A stretch of 64,000 nt of DNA from Spirochaetota bacterium (GTDB taxonomy: Bacteria; Spirochaetota; Spirochaetia; Treponematales; UBA12059), in contig JAKQKE010000039.1 of assembly GCA_029560805.1 (NCBI GenBank), positions 10,158 to 74,157 on the forward strand, in the 5' to 3' direction. The first letter of the stretch is position 1. The number at the start of each line of letters is the position of its first letter. Positions 26,964 to 37,316 of this stretch are shown in pieces. The position numbers were made by a program, and so were the translations under genes. The notes beneath the pieces were generated by a model. That model was not told the origin of the DNA, searched no databases, and saw only the letters and a program-made list of their open reading frames with translations.

Positions 26964-28565
26964 ATGCCCAAACCACCACCCTTGCTTTCCTTGCAGCATA
27001 TATCGAAGAGCTTCTACGGAAACCCGGTCCTGGAGGACGTCTCGTTCGACGTCGGGCCGGGCGAGATCGTCGGTCTCGTCGGCGAGAACGGTGCCGGCAA
27101 GACCACGCTGATGCGCATCCTGTTCGGCATGCCCGTGATAGCTGAGACCGGCGGCTACGGCGGTCGGATCGAGCTGGACGGGGCTCAGGTCTCCTTCAAA
27201 ACGCCGTTCGACGCGCTCGATGCCGGCATCGGCATGGTTCACCAGGAATTCTCCCTGATACCGGGCTTCAGCACGACGGAGAACATCGTGCTCAACCGAG
27301 AGCCTATGAAGGCCAACGCCGCCTGCGAGGTCTTCGGCGATCGGATGAGCGTGCTCGACCGGACGACGATGCGATCCGTGGCGGAGAAGGCCATCGAGCG
27401 GCTCGGCGTCAAGCTCGACCCGGAGACCCTCGTCTCCGAGATGCCGGTAGGCCACAAGCAGTTCACCGAGATCGCGCGCGAGATCAACCGCGAAAACGTC
27501 AGGCTCCTCGTGCTCGACGAGCCGACCGCGGTGCTGACCGAGAGCGAGGCCGAGATCCTGCTCGAGGCCCTCAGGCGGCTGGCCGCCCAGGGCATCTCGA
27601 TCATCTTCATATCGCACCGCCTGCACGAGATCACCAAGGTCGCCGATACCATCGTCGTGCTGCGCGACGGCAAGGTCGTCAAGGAAGCGCCGTCCGAGGG
27701 TACCTCGGTACGCGATATCGCCGCCTGGATGGTCGGCCGCTCGGTCGAGGCGAAGCGCCCCGACCTGGCGACCCGCTCCTTCGGCGAGGAAGCGCTTCGC
27801 GTCGAGCGGCTCTGGGTCGATATGCCAGGCGAGAGTGTCCGCGATGTGTCGTTCTCCGTACGCTCAGGCGAGATCTTCGGCATCGGCGGCCTGGCCGGCC
27901 AGGGCAAGCTCGGGGTGCCGAACGGCATCATGGGCTTGTACGCCGGCGGGGGCTCGGTAACGCTGCACGGTAAGTCCGTGCCGCTCAACGACCCTAAGGC
28001 CGCGCTCGCGATGGGTATGGCTTTCGTATCCGAGGACCGGCGCGGCGTTGGCCTGCTCCTCGACGAGAGCCTCGAGTGGAATATCGGCTTCACCGCTATG
28101 CAGATACGCGGCGACTATCTCAAGCGCTACCTCGGCGGGCTCCTCAAGCTGCGCGACGAGGCGGGCCTCCGCAAGCTGGCCGAGGAGTACATCGAGCTGC
28201 TGTCGATCAAGTGTACGAGCCCCAAGCAGTTCGCCAAGGAGCTGTCCGGCGGCAATCAGCAGAAGATCTGCCTGGCCAAGGCCTTCGCGATGCAGCCGGA
28301 CCTGCTGTTCGTCAGCGAGCCGACCCGCGGTATCGACGTGGGCGCCAAGGAGCTGGTGCTCAAATCGCTACGCCACTACAACCGGGACAACGGCACGACC
28401 ATCGTGATGGTCTCGAGCGAGCTCGAGGAGCTCCGGTCCATCTGCGACCGCGTCGCGATCGTCGACGAGGGCCGCATCGCCGGTATCCTACCGCCAGACG
28501 CGGATATAGCTGACTTCGGCCTCTTAATGGCCGGAGAGGTCAAAGAGGAGGCCGCGCATGCGTAA
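26964..28565 (+). CDS. Sugar/nucleoside-type (CUT2) ABC transporter ATP-binding protein, duplicated ABC domains
   Basis: 533 aa. Walker A 'GENGAGKTT'. Walker B 'LLVLDEPTA'. Second-domain signature 'LSGGNQQK' and 'LLFVSEPTRGIDV'. Confidence 0.9.
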   Translation: MPKPPPLLSLQHISKSFYGNPVLEDVSFDVGPGEIVGLVGENGAGKTTLMRILFGMPVIAETGGYGGRIELDGAQVSFKTPFDALDAGIGMVHQEFSLIPGFSTTENIVLNREPMKANAACEVFGDRMSVLDRTTMRSVAEKAIERLGVKLDPETLVSEMPVGHKQFTEIAREINRENVRLLVLDEPTAVLTESEAEILLEALRRLAAQGISIIFISHRLHEITKVADTIVVLRDGKVVKEAPSEGTSVRDIAAWMVGRSVEAKRPDLATRSFGEEALRVERLWVDMPGESVRDVSFSVRSGEIFGIGGLAGQGKLGVPNGIMGLYAGGGSVTLHGKSVPLNDPKAALAMGMAFVSEDRRGVGLLLDESLEWNIGFTAMQIRGDYLKRYLGGLLKLRDEAGLRKLAEEYIELLSIKCTSPKQFAKELSGGNQQKICLAKAFAMQPDLLFVSEPTRGIDVGAKELVLKSLRHYNRDNGTTIVMVSSELEELRSICDRVAIVDEGRIAGILPPDADIADFGLLMAGEVKEEAAHA

Positions 28566-29601
28566 GATAAAGGAATTCGCGGCTGACTTCGGCTGGCCGC
28601 GCATCATCATCTTCCTGTTCCTCGTGTCATTGTTCATCGTTGCGCCCTTCGTCGGCGTATCGATCAGCCGCTCGCTGTCCGACACGCTCAACCGTTTCGG
28701 GCAGAACGCGATCCTGGTGCTCGCCCTCGTCCCCATGGTCCAGTCGGGTTGCGGCCTGAACTTCGGCCTGCCGGTCGGCATCATCGCCGGCCTGCTCGGC
28801 GCGACGGTGGCGATGCAGCTCGGCCTGACCGGCTGGCTCGGCTTCCTGGGCGCCGTGGCGATCTGCATACCCTTCGGCCTGTTGCTCGGCTGGCTCTACG
28901 GCCAGCTCCTCAACAAGGTCAAGGGCGAGGAGATGACGATAGCCATGTACGTCGGCTTCTCGATCATCACCTTCTTCTCGATCCTGTGGCTGCTCCTGCC
29001 GTACTCGAACCCCGCGATGATCTGGGGCTATGGCGGCGCGGGTCTCCGGACGACGATCACGCTCGACAACTACTGGAGCAAGATCCTCAATGACTTCCTC
29101 GCGGTCAGGATAGGCGGCAGCTTCGTGTTCCCGACCGGCATGATCCTGTTCTTCGCGCTGTGCGCCTTCTTCGTCTACCTGTTCTTCAGGACCAAGACCG
29201 GCACCGCGATGACCGCCGTGGGCTCGAACCCGGACTTCGCGAGGGCCGGCGGCGTGTCGGCCGACAAGATGCGCACCGTCAGCGTGATGCTGTCGACGGT
29301 GCTCGGCGCGGTCGGTATCCTCGTGTACCAGCAGAGCTTCGGCTTCATCCAGCTGTACCAGGCGCCGCTGTACATGGCCTTCCCGGCCGTGGCCGCCCTC
29401 CTGATAGGCGGCGCCAGCGTCAATAAGGCCTCGATGGTCAACGTGGTAGTCGGCACCCTGCTGTTCCAGGGCATCCTGACGATGACGCCGAGCGTCATCA
29501 ACAGCATCCTGCAGACGGACATGTCGGAGGTGATACGCATCGTGCTGTCGAACGGCATGATCCTGTACGCGCTGACCAGAAAGACGAAGGTGTCGAAATG
29601 A
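28558..29601 (+). CDS. ABC transporter permease (CUT2/BPD_transp_2 type)
   Basis: 347 aa, ~9-10 TM segments. 8-nt overlap with the ATPase gene. Confidence 0.85.
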   Translation: MRKIKEFAADFGWPRIIIFLFLVSLFIVAPFVGVSISRSLSDTLNRFGQNAILVLALVPMVQSGCGLNFGLPVGIIAGLLGATVAMQLGLTGWLGFLGAVAICIPFGLLLGWLYGQLLNKVKGEEMTIAMYVGFSIITFFSILWLLLPYSNPAMIWGYGGAGLRTTITLDNYWSKILNDFLAVRIGGSFVFPTGMILFFALCAFFVYLFFRTKTGTAMTAVGSNPDFARAGGVSADKMRTVSVMLSTVLGAVGILVYQQSFGFIQLYQAPLYMAFPAVAALLIGGASVNKASMVNVVVGTLLFQGILTMTPSVINSILQTDMSEVIRIVLSNGMILYALTRKTKVSK

Positions 29602-30719
29602 CGAAGCGGTTCGATTTCAAGAGGTTCGTCGCCGACAACGTGGTCGTCGTCATCTTCCTCGTGCTTACGGCCATCGCGACCCCGATCTCGGGGCTGTCGG
29701 CGAACTATATCATCCAGGACATCATCACCCGCATCGGGCGCAACTCGTTCCTGGTGTTCAGCCTGCTCCTGCCGGTCATGGCGGGCATGGGCCTGAACTT
29801 CGGCATGGTGCTCGGCGCGATGGCCGGAGAGATCGGCCTGATCTTCGCGGTCGACTGGGGCATTTCCGGCGTCTGGGGCCTCGGCTTCGCCTCGCTCGTC
29901 GGCCTGCCGATCGCCGTGGCCCTCGGCTGGCTATGCGGCTCCATCCTGAACCGGGCCAAGGGCCGCGAGATGGCTACCGGCTACATCATCGGCTTCTTCA
30001 TGGACGGCGTCTACCAGTTCGCGGTGCTGTACCTGATGGGCTCGCTGATACCGATGCGCTCGCTCGCCATCACGCTGTCGCGCGGCTACGGCATCCGTAA
30101 CACCCTGAACCTGGACTCGGTCAGGCAGAGCCTGGACAACCTGGCGATGGTCAAGGTCTTCGGCTTCAACGTGCCGGTCGCCACCTACCTCGTGGTCGCG
30201 GCGCTCTGCGTGTTCATCGTCTGGTTCAGGAAGACCAAGCTCGGCCAGGACATGCGCGCCATCGGCCAGGACCAGGGCGTTTCCAACGCCTCGGGCATCC
30301 CGGTGGAGAAGACGCGCATCATCGCCATCGTTGTCTCGACGGTCCTAGCGATGGTCGGCCAGATCATCTTTCTCCAGAACATGGGCAACATGGCCACCTA
30401 CAACGCGCACCGGCAGACCGGCTTCTTCGCCGTGGCGGCCATCCTCGTTGGCGGCGCCTCGGTGACCAAGGCTACGATCCCGAACGTGTTCGTCGGCGTC
30501 GTGCTCCTGCACCTGATGTACATCGTGATGCCGCGCGCGGGCGCCGAGCTGTTCGGCTCGGCCCAGATAGGCGAGTACTTCCGCGACGCGTTCAGCTACG
30601 GCGCGATAGCGCTGGCCCTCGTACTGCACGCCTGGCGCAAGCGCCGCGGCGTCGAGATCGACCGGGCGGGCCTGCGCCGGAACACGGTCAGCCCGGACGC
30701 CAAGGGAGGCAAGGCATGA
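29598..30719 (+). CDS. ABC transporter permease (second subunit)
   Basis: 373 aa, polytopic. ATGA overlap with the upstream permease gene. Confidence 0.85.
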   Translation: MTKRFDFKRFVADNVVVVIFLVLTAIATPISGLSANYIIQDIITRIGRNSFLVFSLLLPVMAGMGLNFGMVLGAMAGEIGLIFAVDWGISGVWGLGFASLVGLPIAVALGWLCGSILNRAKGREMATGYIIGFFMDGVYQFAVLYLMGSLIPMRSLAITLSRGYGIRNTLNLDSVRQSLDNLAMVKVFGFNVPVATYLVVAALCVFIVWFRKTKLGQDMRAIGQDQGVSNASGIPVEKTRIIAIVVSTVLAMVGQIIFLQNMGNMATYNAHRQTGFFAVAAILVGGASVTKATIPNVFVGVVLLHLMYIVMPRAGAELFGSAQIGEYFRDAFSYGAIALALVLHAWRKRRGVEIDRAGLRRNTVSPDAKGGKA

Positions 30720-31174
30720 ACGCCAACGGAACCAACGGTCTATCGCCGGCCGTCAGGCGCAGGCGCTTCGCCGTACGCGTCGGCCTGGTCGCGCTGTACT
30801 TCGTCGTCGGAGCCTGGGTGATGCTCAGCGGCCGCGAGCATACACTGCTCCTGGACAACAAGGCCCTGGCCGACGGCTCGGCGCCGGCGTTCAGGCGCGT
30901 CAAGGTCTACGTCGACGGGCGGGACCCGATAGAGCTCTACGCGCGCGACCGCGACATGATCAAGGTGCGCGGCCAGCGCCACAGGATACGGATAGAGACG
31001 AACGAGGCCGCGGCGCGTACGGAGGCGAGCTTCACGCTGGCCTTCGGCGACGATATGTTCCTCCTGTCCGTGCCGGCCATGGCCAAGGGCGACGACGGCT
31101 TCCACGAGGTCTTCAGGACGGCCGAGGATAGGCCGGCTCCGGAGGCGGAGGCGACGCCCGAACCGACCTTCTAG
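30716..31174 (+). CDS. Hypothetical single-pass membrane protein translationally coupled to the ABC permease
   Basis: 152 aa. ATGA overlap with the permease stop. One TM '[16 protein letters not shown]' followed by a beta-rich ~100-aa domain. No motif recognised. Confidence 0.6.
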   Translation: MNANGTNGLSPAVRRRRFAVRVGLVALYFVVGAWVMLSGREHTLLLDNKALADGSAPAFRRVKVYVDGRDPIELYARDRDMIKVRGQRHRIRIETNEAAARTEASFTLAFGDDMFLLSVPAMAKGDDGFHEVFRTAEDRPAPEAEATPEPTF

Positions 31175-31284
31175 GCGTCGCGCTTGTCTCGTTTCTACGT
31201 ATTGCGATAGTATACAGCCAACCTGACGACGAGGCGGTCCTATGCGGGTCCGCCTCATCGCATTCTAGCACCGGAGCGACACGC

Positions 31285-33723
31285 ATGGCTAAATACCCGT
31301 TCAGCGAGATCGAGCCAAAATGGCAGAGGCACTGGGAGGAGCATCGCAGCTTCAGGGCCGAGGAGGACGCGTCCTTCCCCAAGGAGAAGCGGCGCTATGT
31401 GCTCGACATGTTCCCGTACCCGTCCGGCGCCGGCCTGCATGTCGGCCACCCCGAAGGCTACACGGCCACCGATATCTACTGCCGCTACCTGCGCATGAAT
31501 GGCTACAACGTGTTGCACCCGATGGGCTTCGACTCGTTCGGCTTGCCCGCCGAGAACTACGCCATCCAGACCGGTACCCATCCCGCCGTGACGACCAGGG
31601 CCAACATCGACCGCTTCCGGCAACAGATCAAGAGTCTCGGTTTCTCCTACGACTGGGACCGCGAGGTGTCCACCTGCGAGGCCGACTACTACAAATGGAC
31701 CCAGTGGATCTTCATCCAGCTGTATCAGCGCGGCCTGGCCTATGAGTCCGATGCCCCGATCAACTGGTGCCCGTCCTGCAAGACCGGCCTGGCGAACGAG
31801 GAGGTCAAGGACGGCGAGTGCGACCGCTGCGGCACCAAGGTGACGCGTAAGCGCATCAGGCAGTGGATGCTACGCATCACCGCGTACGCCGACCGTCTCC
31901 TCGAGGACCTCGACGGGCTCGACTGGCCGGAGCCGGTCAAGCAGATGCAGCGCAACTGGATTGGCCGCTCCGAGGGCGCGAGCGTCGTCTTCACGGTCGA
32001 TGGCCACGGCGACGCGCTCGAGGTGTTCACGACCAGGCCCGACACGCTGTTCGGCGCCACCTACATGGTGCTCGCTCCCGAGCACGCCCTCGTCGCCAGG
32101 ATCACGAGCGCCGAGCAGAAGGCCGCGGTCGAGGCCTACGTCGACGGCGCCGCCAAGAAGAGCGACCTCGAGCGAACCGACCTGGCCAAGGACAAGACCG
32201 GCGTCTTCACCGGCGCCTACGCGATCAACCCGGTCAACGGCAAGAAGATACCGATATGGATCTCCGACTACGTGCTCGCCTCCTACGGCACCGGCGCCAT
32301 CATGGCCGTGCCGGCCCACGACGAGCGCGACTGGGACTTCGCCAAGGCTTTCGGCCTGCCCATCGTCGAGGTGGTCGCCAAACCCGGCCCCGACGGCAAG
32401 GCGGCTCCGTGCGCGGGCGAGCCATCGGAGTGTACGGCGGCCGACGGCGTCGCGGTCAATTCCGGCTTCCTGGACGGCCTCGGCACCGAGGCGGCCAAGA
32501 AGGCGATGATAGCCTGGCTCGAGGAGAAGGGCCTGGGCAAGGGCACGATCAATTACAAGCTGCGCGACTGGCTCTTCAGCCGCCAGCGTTACTGGGGCGA
32601 GCCCATCCCCCTGGTCCATTGCCCGAAGTGCGGCGTCGTACCCGTGCCCGAGGACCAGCTGCCGCTGACCCTGCCGGAGGTCTCGAGCTACGAGCCGCCG
32701 GGGACCGGCGAAAGCCCGTTGGCCAAGATCGACGACTGGGTCGATACGACCTGCCCTACCTGCGGCGGTCCGGCCAGGCGCGAGACCAACACGATGCCCC
32801 AGTGGGCCGGTTCCTGCTGGTATTACCTGCGTTACCTGGATCCGTCGAACCCGGGCGCCTTCGTCGGCCGCGACAAGGTCGACTACTGGATGCCCGTCGA
32901 CCTCTATGTCGGCGGTGTCGAGCACGCGGTGCTCCATCTGCTCTACTCGCGCTTCTGGCACAAGGTCCTCTTCGACCTGGGGCTCGTCAACACGGCCGAG
33001 CCGTTCCAGCGCCTGGTCAATCAGGGCATGATCCTGGGTGAGGACAACCAGAAGATGTCCAAGAGCCGTGGCAACGTGATCAATCCCGACGACATCGTGC
33101 GGGAGTACGGCGCCGACGCGCTCAGGCTCTACGAGATGTTCATGGGGCCGCTTGAGGTGTCAAAGCCCTGGATGACGGCCGGCCTCGTCGGCGTGACGCG
33201 CTTTCTCGAGCGGATGTACGCGCTCGGCGAGAAGCCGGTCGTCGACGCGGGGCCGTCAGCCGAGCTACTCAAGCTGACGCATAAAACCGTGCGCAAGGTC
33301 GACGCTGATACCGCCAGCCTGAACTTCAACACGGCCATCTCCGCGATGATGGTGCTGTCCTCCGAGCTCGCCAGGCTCGACTCGTTGCCACGGGCGGCCT
33401 ACGAACCCCTCGTGCTCATGCTCGCCCCCTACGCTCCGCACCTCGCCGAGGAGCTCTGGGAAAAGCTCGGGCACCGTGAGAGCCTCGTCAGGGCCGCTTG
33501 GCCGAGCTACGACCCGGCCCTCTGCGAGGACGACGAGGATACGATCGTCGTGCAGGTCAACGGCAAGCTGCGCGGCGACTTCAAGGCCGCCAAGGGCGCG
33601 GGCAAGGACGCGCTTGAAGCCTCCGCCAAGGCTCTCGCCAAGGTGGCCGAGCAACTGGCCGGCAAGGATGTCGTCAAGCTCGTCGTCGTGCCCGGTAAGC
33701 TGGTCAATTTCGTGGTCAGGTAG
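31285..33723 (+). CDS. leuS: Leucine--tRNA ligase
   Basis: 812 aa. '[17 protein letters not shown]' (HIGH). 'KMSKSRGNV' (KMSKS). Zn-type 'CPSCKTGL...CDRCG'. CP1 editing domain present. Confidence 0.97.
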   Translation: MAKYPFSEIEPKWQRHWEEHRSFRAEEDASFPKEKRRYVLDMFPYPSGAGLHVGHPEGYTATDIYCRYLRMNGYNVLHPMGFDSFGLPAENYAIQTGTHPAVTTRANIDRFRQQIKSLGFSYDWDREVSTCEADYYKWTQWIFIQLYQRGLAYESDAPINWCPSCKTGLANEEVKDGECDRCGTKVTRKRIRQWMLRITAYADRLLEDLDGLDWPEPVKQMQRNWIGRSEGASVVFTVDGHGDALEVFTTRPDTLFGATYMVLAPEHALVARITSAEQKAAVEAYVDGAAKKSDLERTDLAKDKTGVFTGAYAINPVNGKKIPIWISDYVLASYGTGAIMAVPAHDERDWDFAKAFGLPIVEVVAKPGPDGKAAPCAGEPSECTAADGVAVNSGFLDGLGTEAAKKAMIAWLEEKGLGKGTINYKLRDWLFSRQRYWGEPIPLVHCPKCGVVPVPEDQLPLTLPEVSSYEPPGTGESPLAKIDDWVDTTCPTCGGPARRETNTMPQWAGSCWYYLRYLDPSNPGAFVGRDKVDYWMPVDLYVGGVEHAVLHLLYSRFWHKVLFDLGLVNTAEPFQRLVNQGMILGEDNQKMSKSRGNVINPDDIVREYGADALRLYEMFMGPLEVSKPWMTAGLVGVTRFLERMYALGEKPVVDAGPSAELLKLTHKTVRKVDADTASLNFNTAISAMMVLSSELARLDSLPRAAYEPLVLMLAPYAPHLAEELWEKLGHRESLVRAAWPSYDPALCEDDEDTIVVQVNGKLRGDFKAAKGAGKDALEASAKALAKVAEQLAGKDVVKLVVVPGKLVNFVVR

Positions 33724-33784
33724 GCGGGCGCCAGTCCGGGAGCGCGCCGGTTCGGGGCGCGCCTACCGGTATCGAGCGACGATG

Positions 33785-33817
33785 GGCCGCGGGTAGTCGT
33801 TACCCGCGGCCTTTATT
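33785..33817. terminator. Bidirectional intrinsic terminator between convergent leuS and the DUF4105-like gene
   Basis: GGCCGCGGGTA-gtcgt-TACCCGCGGCC (11-bp perfect stem) followed by TTTATT on the plus strand. The opposing gene's stop (33816-33818) lies right at its foot. Confidence 0.75.
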
Positions 33818-35120
33818 ATTCCGGCCGGGATCGACGACGCAGGAGCCTCGCCGCCGCGCCGAGAGCGCCGGCCCGGTCGGCCCATCGCAGGGCCAGAGCG
33901 AGCGCGACGAGGCGCGTCGCTGGTAGGATAGTCTGGAACCCGAAGCCGCCGGCGACTGCGACGAGCGCGGCGCAGGCCGCCGAGACCGCGTAGAGCGCTC
34001 CGGCCGCGGATCGCGCCTTGGCAGGCAGGCGTCGGCCGCCGAGTATCGTCGCGACGAGTGGTAAGGCGCCCGCCCAGAGCAGGTTGAGGTTCCAGGCGGC
34101 CTCGTCGTAGCGGGCGCACAGCCAGAAGAGGAGGATAGCGGCTCCGACGACGAGCGCCGACGCGGCGCAGGCCGCGTCGAAGGCCGCGGCGAGAGGCTTG
34201 AGCCGGCCGCGGAGGGTGGTAAGGGCTAACGAGGCGGCGGCGAGCAGCGCGGCGAAGGCGGTCGGGCCGAGGCCGGCGCGCTCGGTTGTCGGTTCGGCCT
34301 CGTACAGGGTCCTCGTCGCCGAGACGAAGGGCCGCGAGCGTTCCGATGGCTCGGCCGCTCCGCCGTTGACCGCCGCGGCCGCCCAGTCCATCAGCTGGCC
34401 GGGCAGGAAGATCGGGTCGCCGGTCCCGGCCTGGCGATCCACCGTCGGGCCCATGAGCAGGTTGATGACGAAGATCAGCCAGGGCCTGCCGGCGAGCGTG
34501 CCGTTGACCGAGGCCCGGACTGTCAGCGCCGCGTCGACCGGCCTGGAGCCGGGATCCTCGCCGGCCGTCCTCTGAAGCATCACCGCGACGCGGGTCGTGC
34601 AGTTGTCGCTGAAGTAGCGGTAGTTATATATGCGGTTCTCGGGCCTGGCGTCGCGCCTGAGCGCGGCCACCAGCGCAGCCGCCTGCGTCGCGTCGAGGGC
34701 CAGGTCCTGCTCGATGATGGTACGGTTCTCGACGCCGCTATAGAAGCCGAGCACGCTCGAGGTGGCACCGGCCCCGACCATGAACTCCATGCGCCCCGCG
34801 AACATCCCGAGCGCGAACTTGGCGTCGAAAGGGTGGGCCGAGAGGCCGTAGTTATAGAACAGGTCCCGCCCGCTACGCGCGTCGACGACGCGGAGCCCCG
34901 AATGCCCGAAGGACGAGTAGAGGGCCTTGCCGGGCAGGATGGTGATCAGGGTTACCTTGTACGGCGACGAGGCGGGCGACGAGGAGGGCGACGAAGCTGC
35001 CGGCGCTATGGCCGGCGCTGCGCCTAGTGGAGCGGGCTGGGCCGCGATCGGCGTGGCCGAGGCCAGCGCGAGCGCCGCCGCGAGCCATCGAGCTAGGGTT
35101 CTCATGGGAGGAGTATACAA
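33816..35120 (-). CDS. DUF4105-like periplasmic domain fused to a polytopic membrane domain
   Basis: 434 aa with a signal peptide. 'ITILPGKALYSSFGHSGLRVVD' and 'YNYRYFSDNCTTRV' match my memory of the DUF4105 family. The C-terminal ~150 aa form several TM helices. Confidence 0.7.
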   Translation of the reverse strand: MYTPPMRTLARWLAAALALASATPIAAQPAPLGAAPAIAPAASSPSSSPASSPYKVTLITILPGKALYSSFGHSGLRVVDARSGRDLFYNYGLSAHPFDAKFALGMFAGRMEFMVGAGATSSVLGFYSGVENRTIIEQDLALDATQAAALVAALRRDARPENRIYNYRYFSDNCTTRVAVMLQRTAGEDPGSRPVDAALTVRASVNGTLAGRPWLIFVINLLMGPTVDRQAGTGDPIFLPGQLMDWAAAAVNGGAAEPSERSRPFVSATRTLYEAEPTTERAGLGPTAFAALLAAASLALTTLRGRLKPLAAAFDAACAASALVVGAAILLFWLCARYDEAAWNLNLLWAGALPLVATILGGRRLPAKARSAAGALYAVSAACAALVAVAGGFGFQTILPATRLVALALALRWADRAGALGAAARLLRRRSRPE

Positions 35121-35132
35121 CGGCGAAGCCTA

Positions 35133-37262
35133 TCAGGTCTTGAACTGGGCGACCTCTGCGGAGGCGTTCTTGACGCTGGCCGACGCGGCTATCGTCAGTT
35201 CGTTCGTGTCCTGGGCAGCGCGGCGTATCTCCTCGGCCCCGGAGGCCATCTCGCTCATGCCGTTCTCAAGCTCGCTGGCCAGCTGTAAAAGCTGGCGCAT
35301 CTCGGTCAGCACCGCGTTCGAGCCTTCCTGCATCTCCTGGGCCGAGTGCCTTACGTCGGCGGTCACCTCGTTGATGCTGGCCAAGGACTCGAGTATTTGA
35401 GACGAGCCCGCGCTCTGCTCCTGCATCGAGTACTTGACCTCCTCCTCGAGCCTCGAGAGTATACGGATCTGCTCCAGGATCTCCTCGAAGGTCGAAGCGC
35501 TCTGGCCGGAGCTGGCGACCACGGCCTCGATGACGCCGCGGATGCCCTTGATGGTCTGGCCGATGGTCTTGGACTGCACGGCGGCGTTCTCGGCGAGCTT
35601 GCGTATCTCGTCGGCGACGACCGCGAAGCCCATGCCCGCCTCGCCGGCGTGCGCCGCCTCGATGGCGGCGTTCATGGCGAGCAGGTTCGTCTCGGCCGCG
35701 ATGCCGGCTATCAGCTGGTTTGCCGCCTGCAGGTTCTCCGACTGCGAGTCGATCTCGCGGACCTGCGCGACGACCGTCGCGATGGCGCCGCGGCCGGCGT
35801 CGGATTTTCCGAGCAGCTTGTCGTAGTACGAGCCCATGCGCTCGATGTTCGCGGTGACCGACTGGATGCTGGCGACCATCTGTTCGATGGAGCTGGACGA
35901 CGACGATACGCCCTCCGATTGCCGCTCGATGAGTCGGTACAGCTGCTCGATGTTCCTGGCTATCTGCTCGACGGTCGCGCTCGACTCCGTGACCGACGCG
36001 CTCTGGTTGATGCTCTGCAGCTTGAGGCTCTCGATGTTCGCGGTGATCTGCCTGATGGCGCCGGCGGTCTCCTCGGTATTCGAGGCGAGTTGGACCATGC
36101 CATCGCCGAGCGAGCCGACCTCGGCCTTGACCCGGTCGATGATGCCCGCGAGCTTCTCGGCGAAGCCGTTGAAGAAGCCGGCCAGCGCTCCGAGCTCGTC
36201 CTGGGTCCTGGACGCGACCCGTAGGGTCAGGTCGGCGTCGCCCGAGGCCACGTTCCGCATGCCCTCCGAGACTTCCTTCATCCTGGAGGCCACGTTCGAC
36301 AGGATCAGCAACGATACGACCAGCACGACCAGCGCGGCCGCGCCGAGCGCGCCGGCGATCAGCACGATGCGCCTCGTCAGCAGGGCTGAGCGCTCGGCGA
36401 ACCAGGCGTCCGTCTCGGCCATCACGATGTCTATGGTCGCCTGGATCTTATCCATGACCGGCTCGGTCGCGTTGTACAACGCGAGGCCGTCGCGGCCGTA
36501 GCCGCCGTACTGGGCGTTACCGAGGATGGACAGCACGGCGTCCTGGAGTTCGTACCACTCGGGGCTGATCTCCAGCTCCGATAGGGACACGGAGGCCAGC
36601 TCGCCGCAGTACTCCCCGGCGTTGGCCAGGTTCACGGCGATACCGGCGTTCGTGTCGACCAGCTCGATGGTCTTGGTGTACTGGATGGCCAGGTCGAGCG
36701 AGAAGATGGAGCTGGCCAGGCACTGGATACGGGCGGCGTTCTCCTTGGCCTTCTCGAGGTAGACGATGGACTGGAGCTGCCGGGAGGCCTCCGCGGCGTT
36801 GGTGGCCGAAAGCGCCACGTACTCCGCCATGACCAGGTCGATGAGCTCCGAGTAGCCGGTATAGGCCGACTGGGCCATCATCGAGCGCTCGTCGACCTGC
36901 CTGCGCAGCTGCTGGAAACGCGCCACGGACGACGTCAGGACCGTCTCGAGGCTTTCCGGTGCTGGAACGGCGGCGAGCGCCGCCTGGACCGTTTCCCAGG
37001 AGCTTCCCGTGCCGTTCCTCGTCGACATGATCCTATCCGCGGCGGCGGTGCCCGAAAGGTAGAGGTACGCGATGCCGCGCTCGTCCTGAGCCGCCGACAA
37101 CAGGGAGCTCAGCGACTTCATGATGGTCAGGTTCGACTCGGCGTCGTCGATCTCGCCCTTGTCGCCCATCGACGATAGTATGAGCATCGCGCCCATCGCC
37201 GCGACCATGGCCAGCGGAACCGCAATGAGTACGAGCAGCTTGCTTCTCAGAGAAAGAGCCAT
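35133..37262 (-). CDS. Methyl-accepting chemotaxis protein with a NIT-like periplasmic sensor domain
   Basis: 709 aa. Highly conserved signalling hairpin 'LLAMNAAIEAAHAGEAGMGFAVVADEIRKLAE'. HAMP after TM2. The periplasmic region has 'AAQDERGIAYLYLSG' and 'YLEKAKENAARIQ', reminiscent of nitrate/nitrite-sensing NIT domains. Confidence 0.9.
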   Translation of the reverse strand: MALSLRSKLLVLIAVPLAMVAAMGAMLILSSMGDKGEIDDAESNLTIMKSLSSLLSAAQDERGIAYLYLSGTAAADRIMSTRNGTGSSWETVQAALAAVPAPESLETVLTSSVARFQQLRRQVDERSMMAQSAYTGYSELIDLVMAEYVALSATNAAEASRQLQSIVYLEKAKENAARIQCLASSIFSLDLAIQYTKTIELVDTNAGIAVNLANAGEYCGELASVSLSELEISPEWYELQDAVLSILGNAQYGGYGRDGLALYNATEPVMDKIQATIDIVMAETDAWFAERSALLTRRIVLIAGALGAAALVVLVVSLLILSNVASRMKEVSEGMRNVASGDADLTLRVASRTQDELGALAGFFNGFAEKLAGIIDRVKAEVGSLGDGMVQLASNTEETAGAIRQITANIESLKLQSINQSASVTESSATVEQIARNIEQLYRLIERQSEGVSSSSSSIEQMVASIQSVTANIERMGSYYDKLLGKSDAGRGAIATVVAQVREIDSQSENLQAANQLIAGIAAETNLLAMNAAIEAAHAGEAGMGFAVVADEIRKLAENAAVQSKTIGQTIKGIRGVIEAVVASSGQSASTFEEILEQIRILSRLEEEVKYSMQEQSAGSSQILESLASINEVTADVRHSAQEMQEGSNAVLTEMRQLLQLASELENGMSEMASGAEEIRRAAQDTNELTIAASASVKNASAEVAQFKT

Positions 37263-37316
37263 ACTACGAACCTCGGTATACCTGGATGTTGCCCGCTGAG
37301 CTATCGGGCCGGCTTT

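Noticed and set aside
31175-31284. 110-nt leuS leader with a hairpin (GAGGCGG...CCGCCTC), considered as a T-box or attenuator.
   Set aside because: It is far too short for a T-box. No specifier-loop/T-box consensus and no terminator/antiterminator alternative is visible, so it is probably just a 5' UTR hairpin.
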